Below the pieces are notes generated by a model. That model did no database searches. It saw only the letters and a program-made list of their open reading frames with translations, and was not told the origin of the DNA. The translations under genes and the position numbers were made by a program. DNA of 64,000 nucleotides, taken from assembly GCA_902781095.1 (NCBI GenBank), contig CACZHW010000010.1, forward strand, positions 3,120-67,119. The letters run 5' to 3'. Below are positions 1 through 9,186 of this stretch, piece by piece (within the stretch, counting starts at the first letter, position 1; each line of letters starts with the position of its first letter). The DNA comes from an uncultured Eubacteriales bacterium (GTDB taxonomy: Bacteria; Bacillota; Clostridia; Christensenellales; Aristaeellaceae).

Positions 1-466
1 CCCACACGATGGAGGTTTCCTCTTCCGAAACCATCGTGCGGATGACCTTCAGGGTATTCCCCTCCCAGACGCAGATCTGGGCGTGAAACAGCAGGCCCGC
101 ATTGCCATCGTTACTGCGGGAGACCACGTACCGGCCGTCCGCCAGCTCGTAGTTGATGATGTCGCCGGCGTCTAACTCGGCGTATTCGTATCCGCTGCCG
201 TTCCAAAGGTAGAATTCATGCCAGGCGTTGGAGGCACCCAGCACGGTGACCACCGCCAGATCCGGATGCCCGTCAAAATTGACGTCGTCATAGCTGACAA
301 AGGGCTGCTCTTCAGTGGAAACGAAGTAAATCTCCTGCCCGTTGTCCGCCGTGTAGCGGTGGATGTAACCGTCTGTGCATCTGCCGACAATCTCTGCGCC
401 GGCGATGCAAGGCATCGCGAGCAGCAGTACCGCCGCCAGTATGCAAGCCCCTGTCTGAATCTTCAT
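1..466 (-). CDS. hypothetical secreted/lipoprotein-like protein (partial; C-terminus lies beyond window start)
   Basis: Not in the ORF track because there is no stop in the window. My translation from ATG 466..464 reads MKIQTGACILAAVLLLAMPCIAGAEIVGRCTDGYIHRYTADNGQEIYFVSTEEQPFVSYDDVNFDGHPDLAVV... The frame stays open to base 2. The N-terminus looks like a signal peptide. Confidence 0.5.
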   Translation of the reverse strand, partial: MKIQTGACILAAVLLLAMPCIAGAEIVGRCTDGYIHRYTADNGQEIYFVSTEEQPFVSYDDVNFDGHPDLAVVTVLGASNAWHEFYLWNGSGYEYAELDAGDIINYELADGRYVVSRSNDGNAGLLFHAQICVWEGNTLKVIRTMVSEEETSIVW

Positions 467-578
467 GCGTCCTTTTCCTCCTTCTCTTTCCGCCCGGTCA
501 AGAGCACCGGGTCGGCGTTTGCCTAGTCTCCGGGATAACAGAAAAGCGCGGAACCCCGCGCTTCTCCGTCTGCGCCGC

Positions 579-833
579 TTACGCGGCGTTGCTGATCATA
601 TAATCCAGGAACATGCTGATGTCCTCGGCCGGGATGGAGAGGTGCAGTTCCGGCAGCTCTCCGTCATGCCCCAGCGCGCGCAGGATGCCCGCGCCGGGCA
701 TCTCCTCCCGCAGGTCGCACAGCGCACGCTCCTCGTCCATGAGGCACACAGGGCCATGGCTCCTGCCGGCGAGCTCCAGCAGCCCGTCCACGTTCCGTAT
801 ATGATAAAGCTTGATGTTTGCGCGATTGTTCAT
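579..833 (-). CDS. small hypothetical protein (84 aa)
   Basis: ORF 579..914 trimmed to the internal ATG (MNNRANIKLYHIRNVDG...), which is preceded by a GGAAGGAGAG RBS. No family recognised. Confidence 0.45.
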   Translation of the reverse strand: MNNRANIKLYHIRNVDGLLELAGRSHGPVCLMDEERALCDLREEMPGAGILRALGHDGELPELHLSIPAEDISMFLDYMISNAA

Positions 834-1002
834 CGTTGATCTCTCCTTCCAAAGGCACCGGTGTTCCGGTGCTTTTGCGTATTTTATCCAAAGCGGCCGG
901 AATGTCAAAGGCAAAGTGCCAAATGAAGACCGGCCTCCAGTCCCGCCGGAAGGAGTGATTTATCGGAAATGACCATTTTGATTCGTCTAAAAGCGGGAAA
1001 TT

Positions 1003-1671
1003 TTAAGCATTTTGCATAACAGCCTGTCCTTCTTTCCAATCTTCGGCCGCTTTTCTCCGTTCCCGCTCCGCTTTTGAATACACGCAGCCGCAGTAATCCT
1101 GCCTGTAGAGGTGATGGACGGCGGAGAGCTCGATGGAGCGCTGATAGCCGCCCCTCTTTTTGAAATCCGAATAGAGGTACGGCACGCCGAAGGTTTCGGA
1201 CAGCTCTCCCCCGATGGCGCACAGCAGCTGCGCGTCCTTGAGGGGCGAAATGGACAGCGTCGTCGTAAAGTAATCGTACCCGCCGGCGCTGGCTGCCTCC
1301 GCAGCCTTTTGCAGGCGCAGGCGGAAGCACGCCTCGCACCGTTTGCCGCCCTCCGGCTCCCCTTCCAGCCCGCGCACCGCAGCGCGCCACTCCTCCGGCT
1401 CGTACGGCGCGACCTCTAGGCGGACGTCCACCCCCATCTCGCGGATCAGGCGGGCCGCCTCCGAGGCGCGGTGCTCGTACTCCTCCCGGGGCGCGATGTT
1501 CGGATTGTAGTAAAAGAGCGTAATGTCAAACAAACCGGCCAGGTATTCCAGCACGTAGGAGGAGCAGGGCGCACAGCAGCCGTGCAGCAGCAGCCGCGGC
1601 CTGCGCCCCTCCCGCCGGATTTTCTCCAGTTCTTTTTCCAGAACCAGCTGATAATTGACCTTCGGTTTCAT
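1003..1671 (-). CDS. queH: epoxyqueuosine reductase QueH (DUF208 family)
   Basis: ORF 1003..1770 trimmed to MKPKVNYQ. Shows the LLLHGCCAPCSSY motif, a CEACFRLRL motif and a C-terminal YRQDYCGC, all typical of QueH. Confidence 0.85.
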   Translation of the reverse strand: MKPKVNYQLVLEKELEKIRREGRRPRLLLHGCCAPCSSYVLEYLAGLFDITLFYYNPNIAPREEYEHRASEAARLIREMGVDVRLEVAPYEPEEWRAAVRGLEGEPEGGKRCEACFRLRLQKAAEAASAGGYDYFTTTLSISPLKDAQLLCAIGGELSETFGVPYLYSDFKKRGGYQRSIELSAVHHLYRQDYCGCVYSKAERERRKAAEDWKEGQAVMQNA

Positions 1672-1791
1672 CGCCTGTGCCTCATTGCATCTGATCTTTC
1701 TTTTTTCGGGCAACTTCCTGTTTTCAAAATGCCGCCGATGTACTATAATAATACCCCGCTGACTCCCCATGTGCAGAAAGGATTATGGATT

Positions 1792-2223
1792 ATGCGGTAT
1801 ATCTTGAACAACTATATGCTGAGCGTGACCGTAACCGCTTACCTCATCGCCCAGATTTCCAAGTTTTTTCTCTATTCCTTCATCAGCGGCCGCTTCGAGT
1901 TTTCCCGCATTCTGGGTTCCGGCGGCATGCCCAGCAGCCACTCCGCTTCCGTCTCCGCGCTGGCCATCTCCTGCATCCGGCAAAACGGCCTTTCCTCGCC
2001 GCTCACCGCCATCAGCATCGTGCTGGCCATCATCGTGGTGCACGACGCGGTCGGCGTCCGCCGGCAGTCCGGCATCCACGCCCAGGTGCTCAACCAGATG
2101 CTCGACCTGCTGCCCATCGAGATGACCAAGCAGCTCAACGAGTTCATCGGCCACACCTTTATGCAGTCGCTCGTCGGCTGCCTGCTGGGAACGGCGGTCG
2201 CCCTGCTCTTCCCGCTGCACTGA
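1792..2223 (+). CDS. divergent PAP2 / DUF212 family membrane protein
   Basis: 3' part of ORF 1471..2223 starting at MRYILNNYML. Contains the GGMPSSHSA and HDAVGVRR motifs of the acid-phosphatase/vanadium-haloperoxidase-related DUF212 family. AAAGGA RBS upstream. Confidence 0.75.
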   Translation: MRYILNNYMLSVTVTAYLIAQISKFFLYSFISGRFEFSRILGSGGMPSSHSASVSALAISCIRQNGLSSPLTAISIVLAIIVVHDAVGVRRQSGIHAQVLNQMLDLLPIEMTKQLNEFIGHTFMQSLVGCLLGTAVALLFPLH

Positions 2224-2242
2224 CCGGCCCTTTGTCAAGCAG

Positions 2243-2279
2243 AGCCCATTCCGCCTGTGCGGGAAAGGGCTCCTTTTTG
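2243..2279 (+). terminator. Rho-independent terminator between convergent genes
   Basis: Hairpin GAGCCCATTCCGC-CTGT-GCGGGAAAGGGCTC followed by CTTTTTGT. Confidence 0.55.
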
Positions 2280-2283
2280 TCTG

Positions 2284-2892
2284 TCACAGCCACTCCAGCG
2301 GATCGAGTTCCTGCGGAACCATCTGCCGGACCTCCTCCAGCAGCCGCTGCATCTCCCGCAGCCGCTGCCGCACGCCGGTCGAGGAGGTATTCCGCCAGTC
2401 CTGCGGCGACTGCACCACGTGGATGTACTGTGCAAGGCCGGAGAGCAGCGGATCGGAGGCGATCATCTCCTCGCAGACGTCCCTGCCCCGGGCCAGCGCG
2501 ACGATGCCGAACTCCCGGGCGATTTCCGGCACGTGCAGCCAGTTCGTCGCCATCTCCTCCAGCTTGTCCGAGCCGACGAGCAGCGCGCCGTCGATACCCT
2601 CTTCCCGCAGATGGCACAGCGTCTCATAGGTCCGCGGCTGCCTGCTCTGGCGCAGTTCCCAGTCGCACACGCGCATCCAGGGATGCGTCTTCGCGATCTT
2701 CCGCAGCATCGTCAGCCGCTCTTCCTCCATGAAGGCGAAGTCCTTGCCCTGGTCCTTCTCGATATAGCGGGATTTGGACGGAACGAAGAGGACCGTTTCC
2801 CGCTGCGTGTCCCGCAGCGCGCATCCGGCCAGCGCGATGTGCGCGTTGGTAGGCGGGTTAAAGGCGCCCACAAAGACCAGCGCCCGCGTCAT
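2284..2892 (-). CDS. nadD: nicotinate/nicotinamide-nucleotide adenylyltransferase-like nucleotidyltransferase
   Basis: ORF 2284..3444 trimmed to MTRALVFVGAFNPPTNAHIAL (the GxFxPxxxxH nucleotidyltransferase motif). Its ATG overlaps the nadE stop (ATGA), so it is the last gene of the pncB-nadE operon. Confidence 0.7.
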   Translation of the reverse strand: MTRALVFVGAFNPPTNAHIALAGCALRDTQRETVLFVPSKSRYIEKDQGKDFAFMEEERLTMLRKIAKTHPWMRVCDWELRQSRQPRTYETLCHLREEGIDGALLVGSDKLEEMATNWLHVPEIAREFGIVALARGRDVCEEMIASDPLLSGLAQYIHVVQSPQDWRNTSSTGVRQRLREMQRLLEEVRQMVPQELDPLEWL

Positions 2893-3665
2893 AGGCAGGC
2901 TCCCCCGTCCGGGTTGATAATGGGCGGCATGCGGCGCTTGTGGGCCGCAGCGCGTTCTTTCGCCGCAATCTTCGCGTCCGTCGCGGCGTCTCCGCTCGTG
3001 CCCTTGCGGATGTAATCGTGGATGGCGCGGTAGGTGACGCCCAGACGCTCCTCGTCGCTCTTGCCCGATAGACCGTCCGTCGGCGTCTTGACCACGAGCT
3101 CCCGCGGGAGCTCCGGCATCGTCAAACCGACCTCCACGACCTCCAGGCTGGTCAGGCCCAGCAGCAGCGCGAAATCGCACGAGGTGTCGCCGTCCTTCGT
3201 GCAGTAGCCGACCGTCGACTCCGACAGGTTGCCGGTGCCCGCCAGCCGGGCGCCCAGCGCCTGCGCCGCATAGCGCAGCGCCGTCATGCGTAGCCTGGGC
3301 CCCACGTTGATGTCGCTCTCCACGCTGTGGGGTACGGCAAACTCGCCCGCCTCCGGCTCCTTTTCCGGCTCGAACTGAGCGCGCAGCGCCCTGTGCATCT
3401 CCCCGATGTTCACCGTACGGCTGTTGATGCCCAGCGCGGCGCACACCTTCCGGCTGTCCTCGATATCCGCCTGCTGCCCGTCCGGCATCATGATGCCGAA
3501 GACGTTCTCTTTGCCGAGCGCGCGTGCGCAGATCGCCGCGGTAACGGTGGAATCCTTGCCGCCCGAAATGCCGATGACCACGCGCGTAAATCCCTGTTCC
3601 TCCGCCAGGCGCTTCACGCCCCGGACCAGGTTGTCGCGCACGTTGGCCGCGTTAAATCCTTCCAT
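2889..3665 (-). CDS. nadE: ammonia-dependent NAD+ synthetase
   Basis: 258 aa with the GISGGKDS PP-loop motif and overall NadE-like sequence. Overlaps the pncB stop. Confidence 0.9.
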   Translation of the reverse strand: MEGFNAANVRDNLVRGVKRLAEEQGFTRVVIGISGGKDSTVTAAICARALGKENVFGIMMPDGQQADIEDSRKVCAALGINSRTVNIGEMHRALRAQFEPEKEPEAGEFAVPHSVESDINVGPRLRMTALRYAAQALGARLAGTGNLSESTVGYCTKDGDTSCDFALLLGLTSLEVVEVGLTMPELPRELVVKTPTDGLSGKSDEERLGVTYRAIHDYIRKGTSGDAATDAKIAAKERAAAHKRRMPPIINPDGGACL

Positions 3666-5139
3666 CGCCTTCTCCCTCCTGCTTGCGGCTCTCGCTGGAG
3701 AGCATCTGCATCTTCATCTCATAGTACTCGGGGCTCATATCCAGGTAATGCGGGTGCGGGTTCTTGAAGCGCTGTTCCTCCTGCCAGATCTCGTGCTCCA
3801 GCTGGTCCTTTACGCGCGCTGCGATATCCGTCACGCTCTCCTGCTCTTCCAGTCGCTTTCCGTTTTCCACAACCCGGCGCTGCAGGCGCTTGGCCGTGCA
3901 TCCCTCGAAGTACAGCAGCTTCCAGGGGCGCTCCGGATCGACGAAGCGGTAACGCTTTTTGAGGTTCGGCTCCTCGCCGTACCGGGTGATCAGGTCCGCG
4001 ACGGCCTTGCCCGTCCCGTCATAGATCCGCCAGACGTCCTTGCGTCCGGGGTTCGTGGTTTTCTCCAGCGTGTCGCTGATCTTGATGCGCGGCGACCAGG
4101 CACCCTCCTGCTCCACGGCGCACAGCTTGTACACGCCGCCGAAGACCGGCTCCGACTTCGCCGTGATCATCCGCTCGCCGACGCCGAAGCTGTCCACCTG
4201 TCCGCCCTGCTGCAGGATGGAAGAGATCGTAAACTCGTCCAGGCTGTTGGAGATGACGATCTTGGCCTTTTCAAAGCCGGCCTCGTCCAGCATGCGCCGC
4301 GCCTTCTTCGTCAGATAGGCAAGGTCGCCGCTGTCGATGCGGATGCCGAAGCTGCGGGATTCGATGCCCGCCTCCTGCATTTCACGGAAGACCCTGATCG
4401 CGTTGGGCACACCGGAGCCGACCACGTCGTAGGTGTCCACCAGCAGGATGCAGTTGTGCGGATACCGCTCCGCGAACTTGCGGAAGGCCGTCAGCTCGTC
4501 GCCGTAGAGCATCACCCAGCTGTGCGCCATGGTGCCGCCCACGGGGATGCCGAACTTCTGCCCGGCCAGCACGGTCGCCGTCGCGCCGACGCCGCCGATG
4601 GCGCAGGCCCGGGCGCCGTACACCGCGGCATCGTTGCCGTGGGCACGCCGCGCGCCGAAGTCGGAGACCACGCGCCCTTCCGCGGCCCGTACGATGCGGT
4701 GCGCCTTGGTCGCGATCAGGCTCTGGTGGTTGAACTGCGCCAGGATTTCCGTCTCTACCACCTGCGCCTCCACGATGTCCGCAACGACGGTGACGACCGG
4801 CTCGTTGGGATAGATGACGGTTCCCTCCGGGAAGGCAAACACGTCTCCGCGGAAGCGGAAGGAGGACAGGTAGTCGAGAAAAGCGTCGTCATAGAGGCCG
4901 AGGCTGCGGATGTACTCCACATCCTCGGGATCGAAGTGCATCGTCGTCAGATAGTCGACGATCTGCTCCAGGCCAGCGAAGATGGAAAAGCCCGCTTCGT
5001 CTGGGTTACGGCGGAAGAACACGTCGAACGCGACGCGGGTGTTCCGCACCTCCGGGTCCAGAAAATAGCCGTTGGCCATCGTCAGCTCGTAAAGATCCAT
5101 CATCATCGCGCGGTTGTTGGCATTGCCGTTGGGTTTCAT
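3652..5139 (-). CDS. pncB: nicotinate phosphoribosyltransferase
   Basis: 495 aa. N-terminus reads MMMDLYELTMANGYF, and HSWVM and DTYD motifs typical of NAPRTase are present. GAAGGAGG RBS. Confidence 0.9.
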   Translation of the reverse strand: MKPNGNANNRAMMMDLYELTMANGYFLDPEVRNTRVAFDVFFRRNPDEAGFSIFAGLEQIVDYLTTMHFDPEDVEYIRSLGLYDDAFLDYLSSFRFRGDVFAFPEGTVIYPNEPVVTVVADIVEAQVVETEILAQFNHQSLIATKAHRIVRAAEGRVVSDFGARRAHGNDAAVYGARACAIGGVGATATVLAGQKFGIPVGGTMAHSWVMLYGDELTAFRKFAERYPHNCILLVDTYDVVGSGVPNAIRVFREMQEAGIESRSFGIRIDSGDLAYLTKKARRMLDEAGFEKAKIVISNSLDEFTISSILQQGGQVDSFGVGERMITAKSEPVFGGVYKLCAVEQEGAWSPRIKISDTLEKTTNPGRKDVWRIYDGTGKAVADLITRYGEEPNLKKRYRFVDPERPWKLLYFEGCTAKRLQRRVVENGKRLEEQESVTDIAARVKDQLEHEIWQEEQRFKNPHPHYLDMSPEYYEMKMQMLSSESRKQEGEGDGRI

Positions 5140-5191
5140 CTGCAGTCCTCCTTCGGGTGTACTGGTTTCTTTCTATTGAATTTGTATTTTA

Positions 5192-5284
5192 CCTCATCCA
5201 CTGACAGTTTCCAGCTTTGCATTTGGCCTCATCCACCATCCACTGACAGTTTCCACGCTTTGCATTTGACCTCATCCACCATCC
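5192..5284. repeat. tandem direct repeat, about 43-bp unit x 2.3, in the pncB upstream region
   Basis: Copy 2 (5227..5269) is CCTCATCCACCATCCACTGACAGTTTCCACGCTTTGCATTTGA. Copy 1 (5192..5226) is the same with a 6-bp and a 1-bp gap. A partial copy 3 (5270..5284) runs into an 18-bp perfect palindrome, CCATCCGCCGGCGGATGG (5279..5296). Confidence 0.85.
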
Positions 5285-5398
5285 GCCGGCGGATGGTCCC
5301 CCTTCTAACGTCATGCCCTGAAAGGGCATGATCCCGCCAACGGCGGGACGTACGCCACTGCAGGTGGCTACGCCAATCCCCAAAGGGGAAGGTTTCAA

Positions 5399-6760
5399 TC
5401 AAGTTTCCTGCCACTTCCTGTACTCCAGCAGCATCATGGTGACAAAGCATGCCCCGCCGCCGATCAGGTTGGAGACGGGTTCGGCGAAGAACACCCCGTT
5501 GACGCCGAAGCCGAGTCCCGGCAGCAGCAACGTCAGCGGAACGACCATGATGACCTTGCGGAACAGGGAGAAGAAGATCGCATACCGTTTGCGCCCCAGG
5601 GAACGGAAGACGTTCTGCCCGTTGTACTGAAGCGCCTGAAAGACGAACATCGAGAAGTAAATCCGCAGCGCGGGGCTCCCCGCCCGCAGCAGCTCCGGGT
5701 CATCGGAGAAGACGCGGATGAGGAGGCCCGGCGCGAGGAGAATGACGAACCAGACGGTCACCGTATACAGGAGGGACCAGCGCAGGATGATGCGCACCGT
5801 CTCGCGCATCCGCTCCGGCCTGCCCGCCCCGTAGTGGTAGCTGAGCACGGGCGAGCCGCCGCTGCTGATGGCCTGCACCGGCACGTCCAGGATTTGCCGC
5901 ACGGAGGAGATCACCGTATATACGGAAACGTACAGCGCCGACCCCCACAGGCCCAGCATGCGGTTGCAGACCACGGCGACCAGGCTGTTGGTGAACTGCA
6001 TGATGAAGTTGACCACGCCGAGGCCCAGGATATCGCCGACGACCCGCCCGTTCAGCCGGTGCGGCGCGATGAAGCGCAGCCGGAGTTCCGCCCTGGAACT
6101 GCCGAGGAAGCAGAGCACAAAGGCCGCGGAAAGCGTCTGCGCGAGCACCGTAGCCAGCGCGGCACCCTGCACCCCCAGTCCGAAGCCGAAGATGAAGAGC
6201 GGATCGAGCACTATGTTGGCGAGTGCGCCGATAGCGATGGCCAGCATGCCGGCGCCGGCGAACCCCTGGGCGTTGATATACGGGCCCAGGCCGGAGGCCA
6301 GCATCGTCGCGGGCGTCCCGAGCAGGTACAGCCGGAGGTAGCGCAGCGCGTGCGGCATCAGATCCGGCGCAGCTTCCCCTCCTAGCAGCCGGAGCAGCGG
6401 GCCCGCAAAGGCCTCAAATGCCGCCATCAGCGCGAAGCTGGTCAAAAGCAGCAGCGTCGCGGCGGTGTTCATCACCCCGGCCGCCTGATCGCGCTTTCCC
6501 CTGCCCCGCGCCATCGCACACAGCGGTGAGCCGCCCTGGCCGTAGAGGTTGGTAAACGCCGTCACCATCATGACGAAGGGGAAGCACAGGCCGATACCGC
6601 CCAGCGCGGCCGCCCCTTCCCCGTGCAGCCTGCCGATGTAGATCCGGTCCACGATGCTGTAGAGCAGCGCAAGGATATCCGCCACCAGCAGCGGCACGAT
6701 GGCCCTGGCGATGTTTCCTTTCGTATCCCCGCCCGAAAAGTCGATTTGCTTCATCTTCAT
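5399..6760 (-). CDS. MATE family efflux transporter
   Basis: Polytopic protein of about 453 aa with MATE-like repeats (LLVADILALLYSIVDRIYIGRL...). Start set at MKMKQIDF, which has an AGGGAA RBS; the track start is a TTG. Confidence 0.8.
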   Translation of the reverse strand: MKMKQIDFSGGDTKGNIARAIVPLLVADILALLYSIVDRIYIGRLHGEGAAALGGIGLCFPFVMMVTAFTNLYGQGGSPLCAMARGRGKRDQAAGVMNTAATLLLLTSFALMAAFEAFAGPLLRLLGGEAAPDLMPHALRYLRLYLLGTPATMLASGLGPYINAQGFAGAGMLAIAIGALANIVLDPLFIFGFGLGVQGAALATVLAQTLSAAFVLCFLGSSRAELRLRFIAPHRLNGRVVGDILGLGVVNFIMQFTNSLVAVVCNRMLGLWGSALYVSVYTVISSVRQILDVPVQAISSGGSPVLSYHYGAGRPERMRETVRIILRWSLLYTVTVWFVILLAPGLLIRVFSDDPELLRAGSPALRIYFSMFVFQALQYNGQNVFRSLGRKRYAIFFSLFRKVIMVVPLTLLLPGLGFGVNGVFFAEPVSNLIGGGACFVTMMLLEYRKWQET

Positions 6761-6926
6761 AGGCTGTTCCCTGAATCGGTTGATCAACGCTGATTATACT
6801 CTGCCTGTCTTTGGAAAACAAGCATAATTCCGTTGACAAACCCCACCAAGTATGTTAAGGTATGCGAAATATTCCGCGGCGGAGAGGGGGATTGCCCGCC
6901 GCGGCAAAAATGAGGAGGGACCGCCC

Positions 6927-8435
6927 ATGGCTACTTTCTATACCGAACCCAGCCGTACGTTCAGCGAATACCTGCTGATTCCCGGCTATACCGGCGAGGG
7001 CTGCATCCCCGCCAACGTCTCTCTCCGCACCCCGCTCGTCAAATACCGCAGAGGCGAAGAAGAACCCGCCATTTCTCTGAACATTCCGCTGACCAGTGCG
7101 ATTATGCAGTCCGTTTCGGACGACAAGCTGGCCATTGCGCTGGCCAGGGAAGGCGGGCTTTCGTTTATCTACGGCGCCCAGAGCATCGAAAGCGAAGCGG
7201 CCATGGTCGCCCGGGTCAAGAACCACAAGGCCGGCTTCGTCGTGTCCGCCTCCAACCTGACGCCCGACAACACCCTCTCCGACGTGCTGGCGCTCAAGGC
7301 GAAGAACGGCTTTTCCACCGTGGCCATCACGGAGGACGGAACGGCCAACGGCCGCCTGCTGGGCATCGTGACCAGCCGCGACTACCGCGTCAGCCGTATG
7401 GATCCCGACGAAAAGGTCGCCAACTTCATGACACCGCTGCGCAAGCTCATCACCGCGCCCGCGGACACCACGCTCAAGGTCGCCAATGACATCATCTGGG
7501 AGCACAAGCTCAACTCCCTGCCCATCGTGGATGACAACGGCTGCCTCCTGTACTTCGTCTTCCGCAAGGACTACGCCTCCCACAAGGAGAATCCGCAGGA
7601 ATTGCTGGACAGCAAAAAGCGCTATCTCGTGGGCGCCGGCATCAACAGCCGTGACTTTGCCGAGCGCGTGCCCGCCCTGGTAAACGCCGGTGCGGACGTG
7701 CTGTGCATCGACAGCTCGGAGGGCTACAGCGTCTGGCAGGCCAAGACGATCCGCTGGATCCGCGAGCAGTACGGCGACAGCGTGAAGGTCGGCGCAGGCA
7801 ACGTGGTCGACCGCGACGGCTTCCTCTTCCTCGCCCGTGCCGGCGCCGACTTCGTCAAAGTGGGCATCGGCGGCGGCTCCATCTGCATCACCCGCGAGAC
7901 CAAGGGCATCGGCCGCGGCCAGGCCACGGCCGTCATCGAGGTGGCCGCCGCACGGGACGAGTACTTCCGCGAGACGGGCATCTACGTCCCGATCTGCTCC
8001 GACGGCGGCATCGTCCACGACTACCACATGACCCTCGCGCTGGCCATGGGCGCCGACTTCCTCATGCTGGGCCGCTACTTCGCCCGCTTCGACGAGAGCC
8101 CGAGCGCCAAGGTGATGGTCAACGGCGTCTACATGAAGGAGTACTGGGGCGAGGGTTCCAACCGCGCGCGCAACTGGCAGCGCTACGATCTGGGCGGCGC
8201 GCAGCGCCTCTCCTTCGAGGAGGGCGTGGATTCCTACGTCACCTATGCCGGCCCGCTGCACGACAACGTGGAGGTCTCCCTCTACAAGGTCAAGAGCACC
8301 ATGTGCAACGTCGGCGTTCTGAACATCCCCGATCTGCAGAAGAACGCGCGCCTCACGCTGGTCAGCTCCACCTCCATCGTGGAGGGCGGATACCACGACG
8401 TCGTGCTGCACAACACGGCGCAGGCCACCCGCTGA
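6927..8435 (+). CDS. guaB: IMP dehydrogenase
   Basis: ORF trimmed to [21 protein letters not shown] after a GAGGAGGG RBS. Has a CBS-pair insert, the [11 protein letters not shown] catalytic-loop motif and a GGxxxDYH-type motif. Confidence 0.9.
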   Translation: MATFYTEPSRTFSEYLLIPGYTGEGCIPANVSLRTPLVKYRRGEEEPAISLNIPLTSAIMQSVSDDKLAIALAREGGLSFIYGAQSIESEAAMVARVKNHKAGFVVSASNLTPDNTLSDVLALKAKNGFSTVAITEDGTANGRLLGIVTSRDYRVSRMDPDEKVANFMTPLRKLITAPADTTLKVANDIIWEHKLNSLPIVDDNGCLLYFVFRKDYASHKENPQELLDSKKRYLVGAGINSRDFAERVPALVNAGADVLCIDSSEGYSVWQAKTIRWIREQYGDSVKVGAGNVVDRDGFLFLARAGADFVKVGIGGGSICITRETKGIGRGQATAVIEVAAARDEYFRETGIYVPICSDGGIVHDYHMTLALAMGADFLMLGRYFARFDESPSAKVMVNGVYMKEYWGEGSNRARNWQRYDLGGAQRLSFEEGVDSYVTYAGPLHDNVEVSLYKVKSTMCNVGVLNIPDLQKNARLTLVSSTSIVEGGYHDVVLHNTAQATR

Positions 8436-8455
8436 TTCCGGTCCTTTGCATACGC

Positions 8456-8486
8456 CGGCGCCGCCCAATGGGCGGCGCCGCTTTTT
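8456..8486. terminator. bidirectional Rho-independent terminator
   Basis: Hairpin CGGCGCCGCCC-AAT-GGGCGGCGCCG followed by CTTTTTATT, between convergent guaB and the BMP-like fragment. Confidence 0.6.
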
Positions 8487-9186
8487 ATTCTTCTCTTTTG
8501 ACGCCCATCACGTCCACCGTCGCCCTGCCCGCATCTCCGAGGTCACGGTATTCGGGGATCGTTCCCTCGACGCCTTCCACCAGATAATCCATCGCTGCGA
8601 TGTCTTCCGGGCCGAGGGACAGTTTTCCTTCCCCTGTCCTTTTGCCGTCCTGCCGGACGACCGGCGTCGCGAAAGGATTCAGGACCCCGGCGGAAATCGC
8701 CTGTTTCAGGTATTCCGCCAGCCTCTTTGTCCCGTCCGGCAGATCGCCGGACCAGGCTGCGTCCACGACGCCCGCATCCATTCCCCAGTAGTAATTGAGG
8801 GCTTTCGCGCTGTCTGCGTAGTCGCTTAGCAGGCTTCCGTCCAGAATCCGGCGGATGATTGCCTCATAATAGACGTCCCACCGCCAGACGGGCGCAGCCA
8901 GCAGGCGGCTGCCGTCCTCCTTCATCTGGACGAGCCCGTTTTCCGCAGAGCCGGCACGCGTGAGAGACTGGGTGGAGACGAGCCGGATTCCCCGCTCCGA
9001 AAGCCTTTCGAGCGCCCTGCCGTGCTGCACAAGGTCCGACCATTCCAGGATGACGCGCCCGCGCGGGTTCACCATCTGCACACCGAGCGCAGAGGCGTTG
9101 ATGCCCGCAATCTGCCCGTAGATGGGATAGTCGCAGATGTACCCGATCTCCTCCCGTTCGGCCACCGCGCCCGCGATCGCCGCCAT
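8485..9186 (-). pseudogene. BMP-family (PnrA/Med-like) substrate-binding protein, apparently 5'-truncated remnant
   Basis: The 233 aa resemble only the second lobe of BMP-family lipoproteins (EEIGYICDYPIYGQIAGINASALGVQMVNP...). No signal peptide or lipobox is present, and no upstream continuation exists in any minus frame. Its ATG abuts and overlaps the ATG of a divergent gene. Confidence 0.45.

Noticed and set aside
853-876. Hairpin GCACCGG-TGTT-CCGGTGC between queH and the small hypothetical gene, considered as a terminator
   Set aside because: The T-run is on the plus strand, where no gene ends. On the minus strand it is followed only by CUUUGG, just before the next RBS. The call is ambiguous, so it is not listed as a feature.
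3406-5331. 641-aa plus-strand ORF antisense to pncB
   Set aside because: It lies entirely opposite a clearly recognisable NAPRTase gene. The product is Arg/Ala/Leu/His-rich and of low complexity, with no motifs. This is the typical stop-codon-poor antisense frame of a high-GC genome.
5140-5398. NAD+ riboswitch (nadA or pnuC class) upstream of pncB
   Set aside because: I could not find the conserved core nucleotides I recall for either class. The repeat looks like a DNA-level duplication. I kept it as an unexplained structured region instead.
6833-6926. Purine riboswitch or attenuator in the guaB leader (hairpin CCGCGGCGG...CCGCCGCGG at 6874..6904)
   Set aside because: The leader is too short for a purine aptamer, there is no three-way junction, and the hairpin is followed by A-rich rather than U-rich sequence. 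A plausible TTGACA-17-TAAGGT promoter explains the region.
6855-8468. 537-aa minus-strand ORF antisense to guaB
   Set aside because: Same reasoning: it overlaps the conserved IMPDH gene codon for codon, and its composition is Gly/Ala/Val/Asp/His-biased with no recognisable domains.
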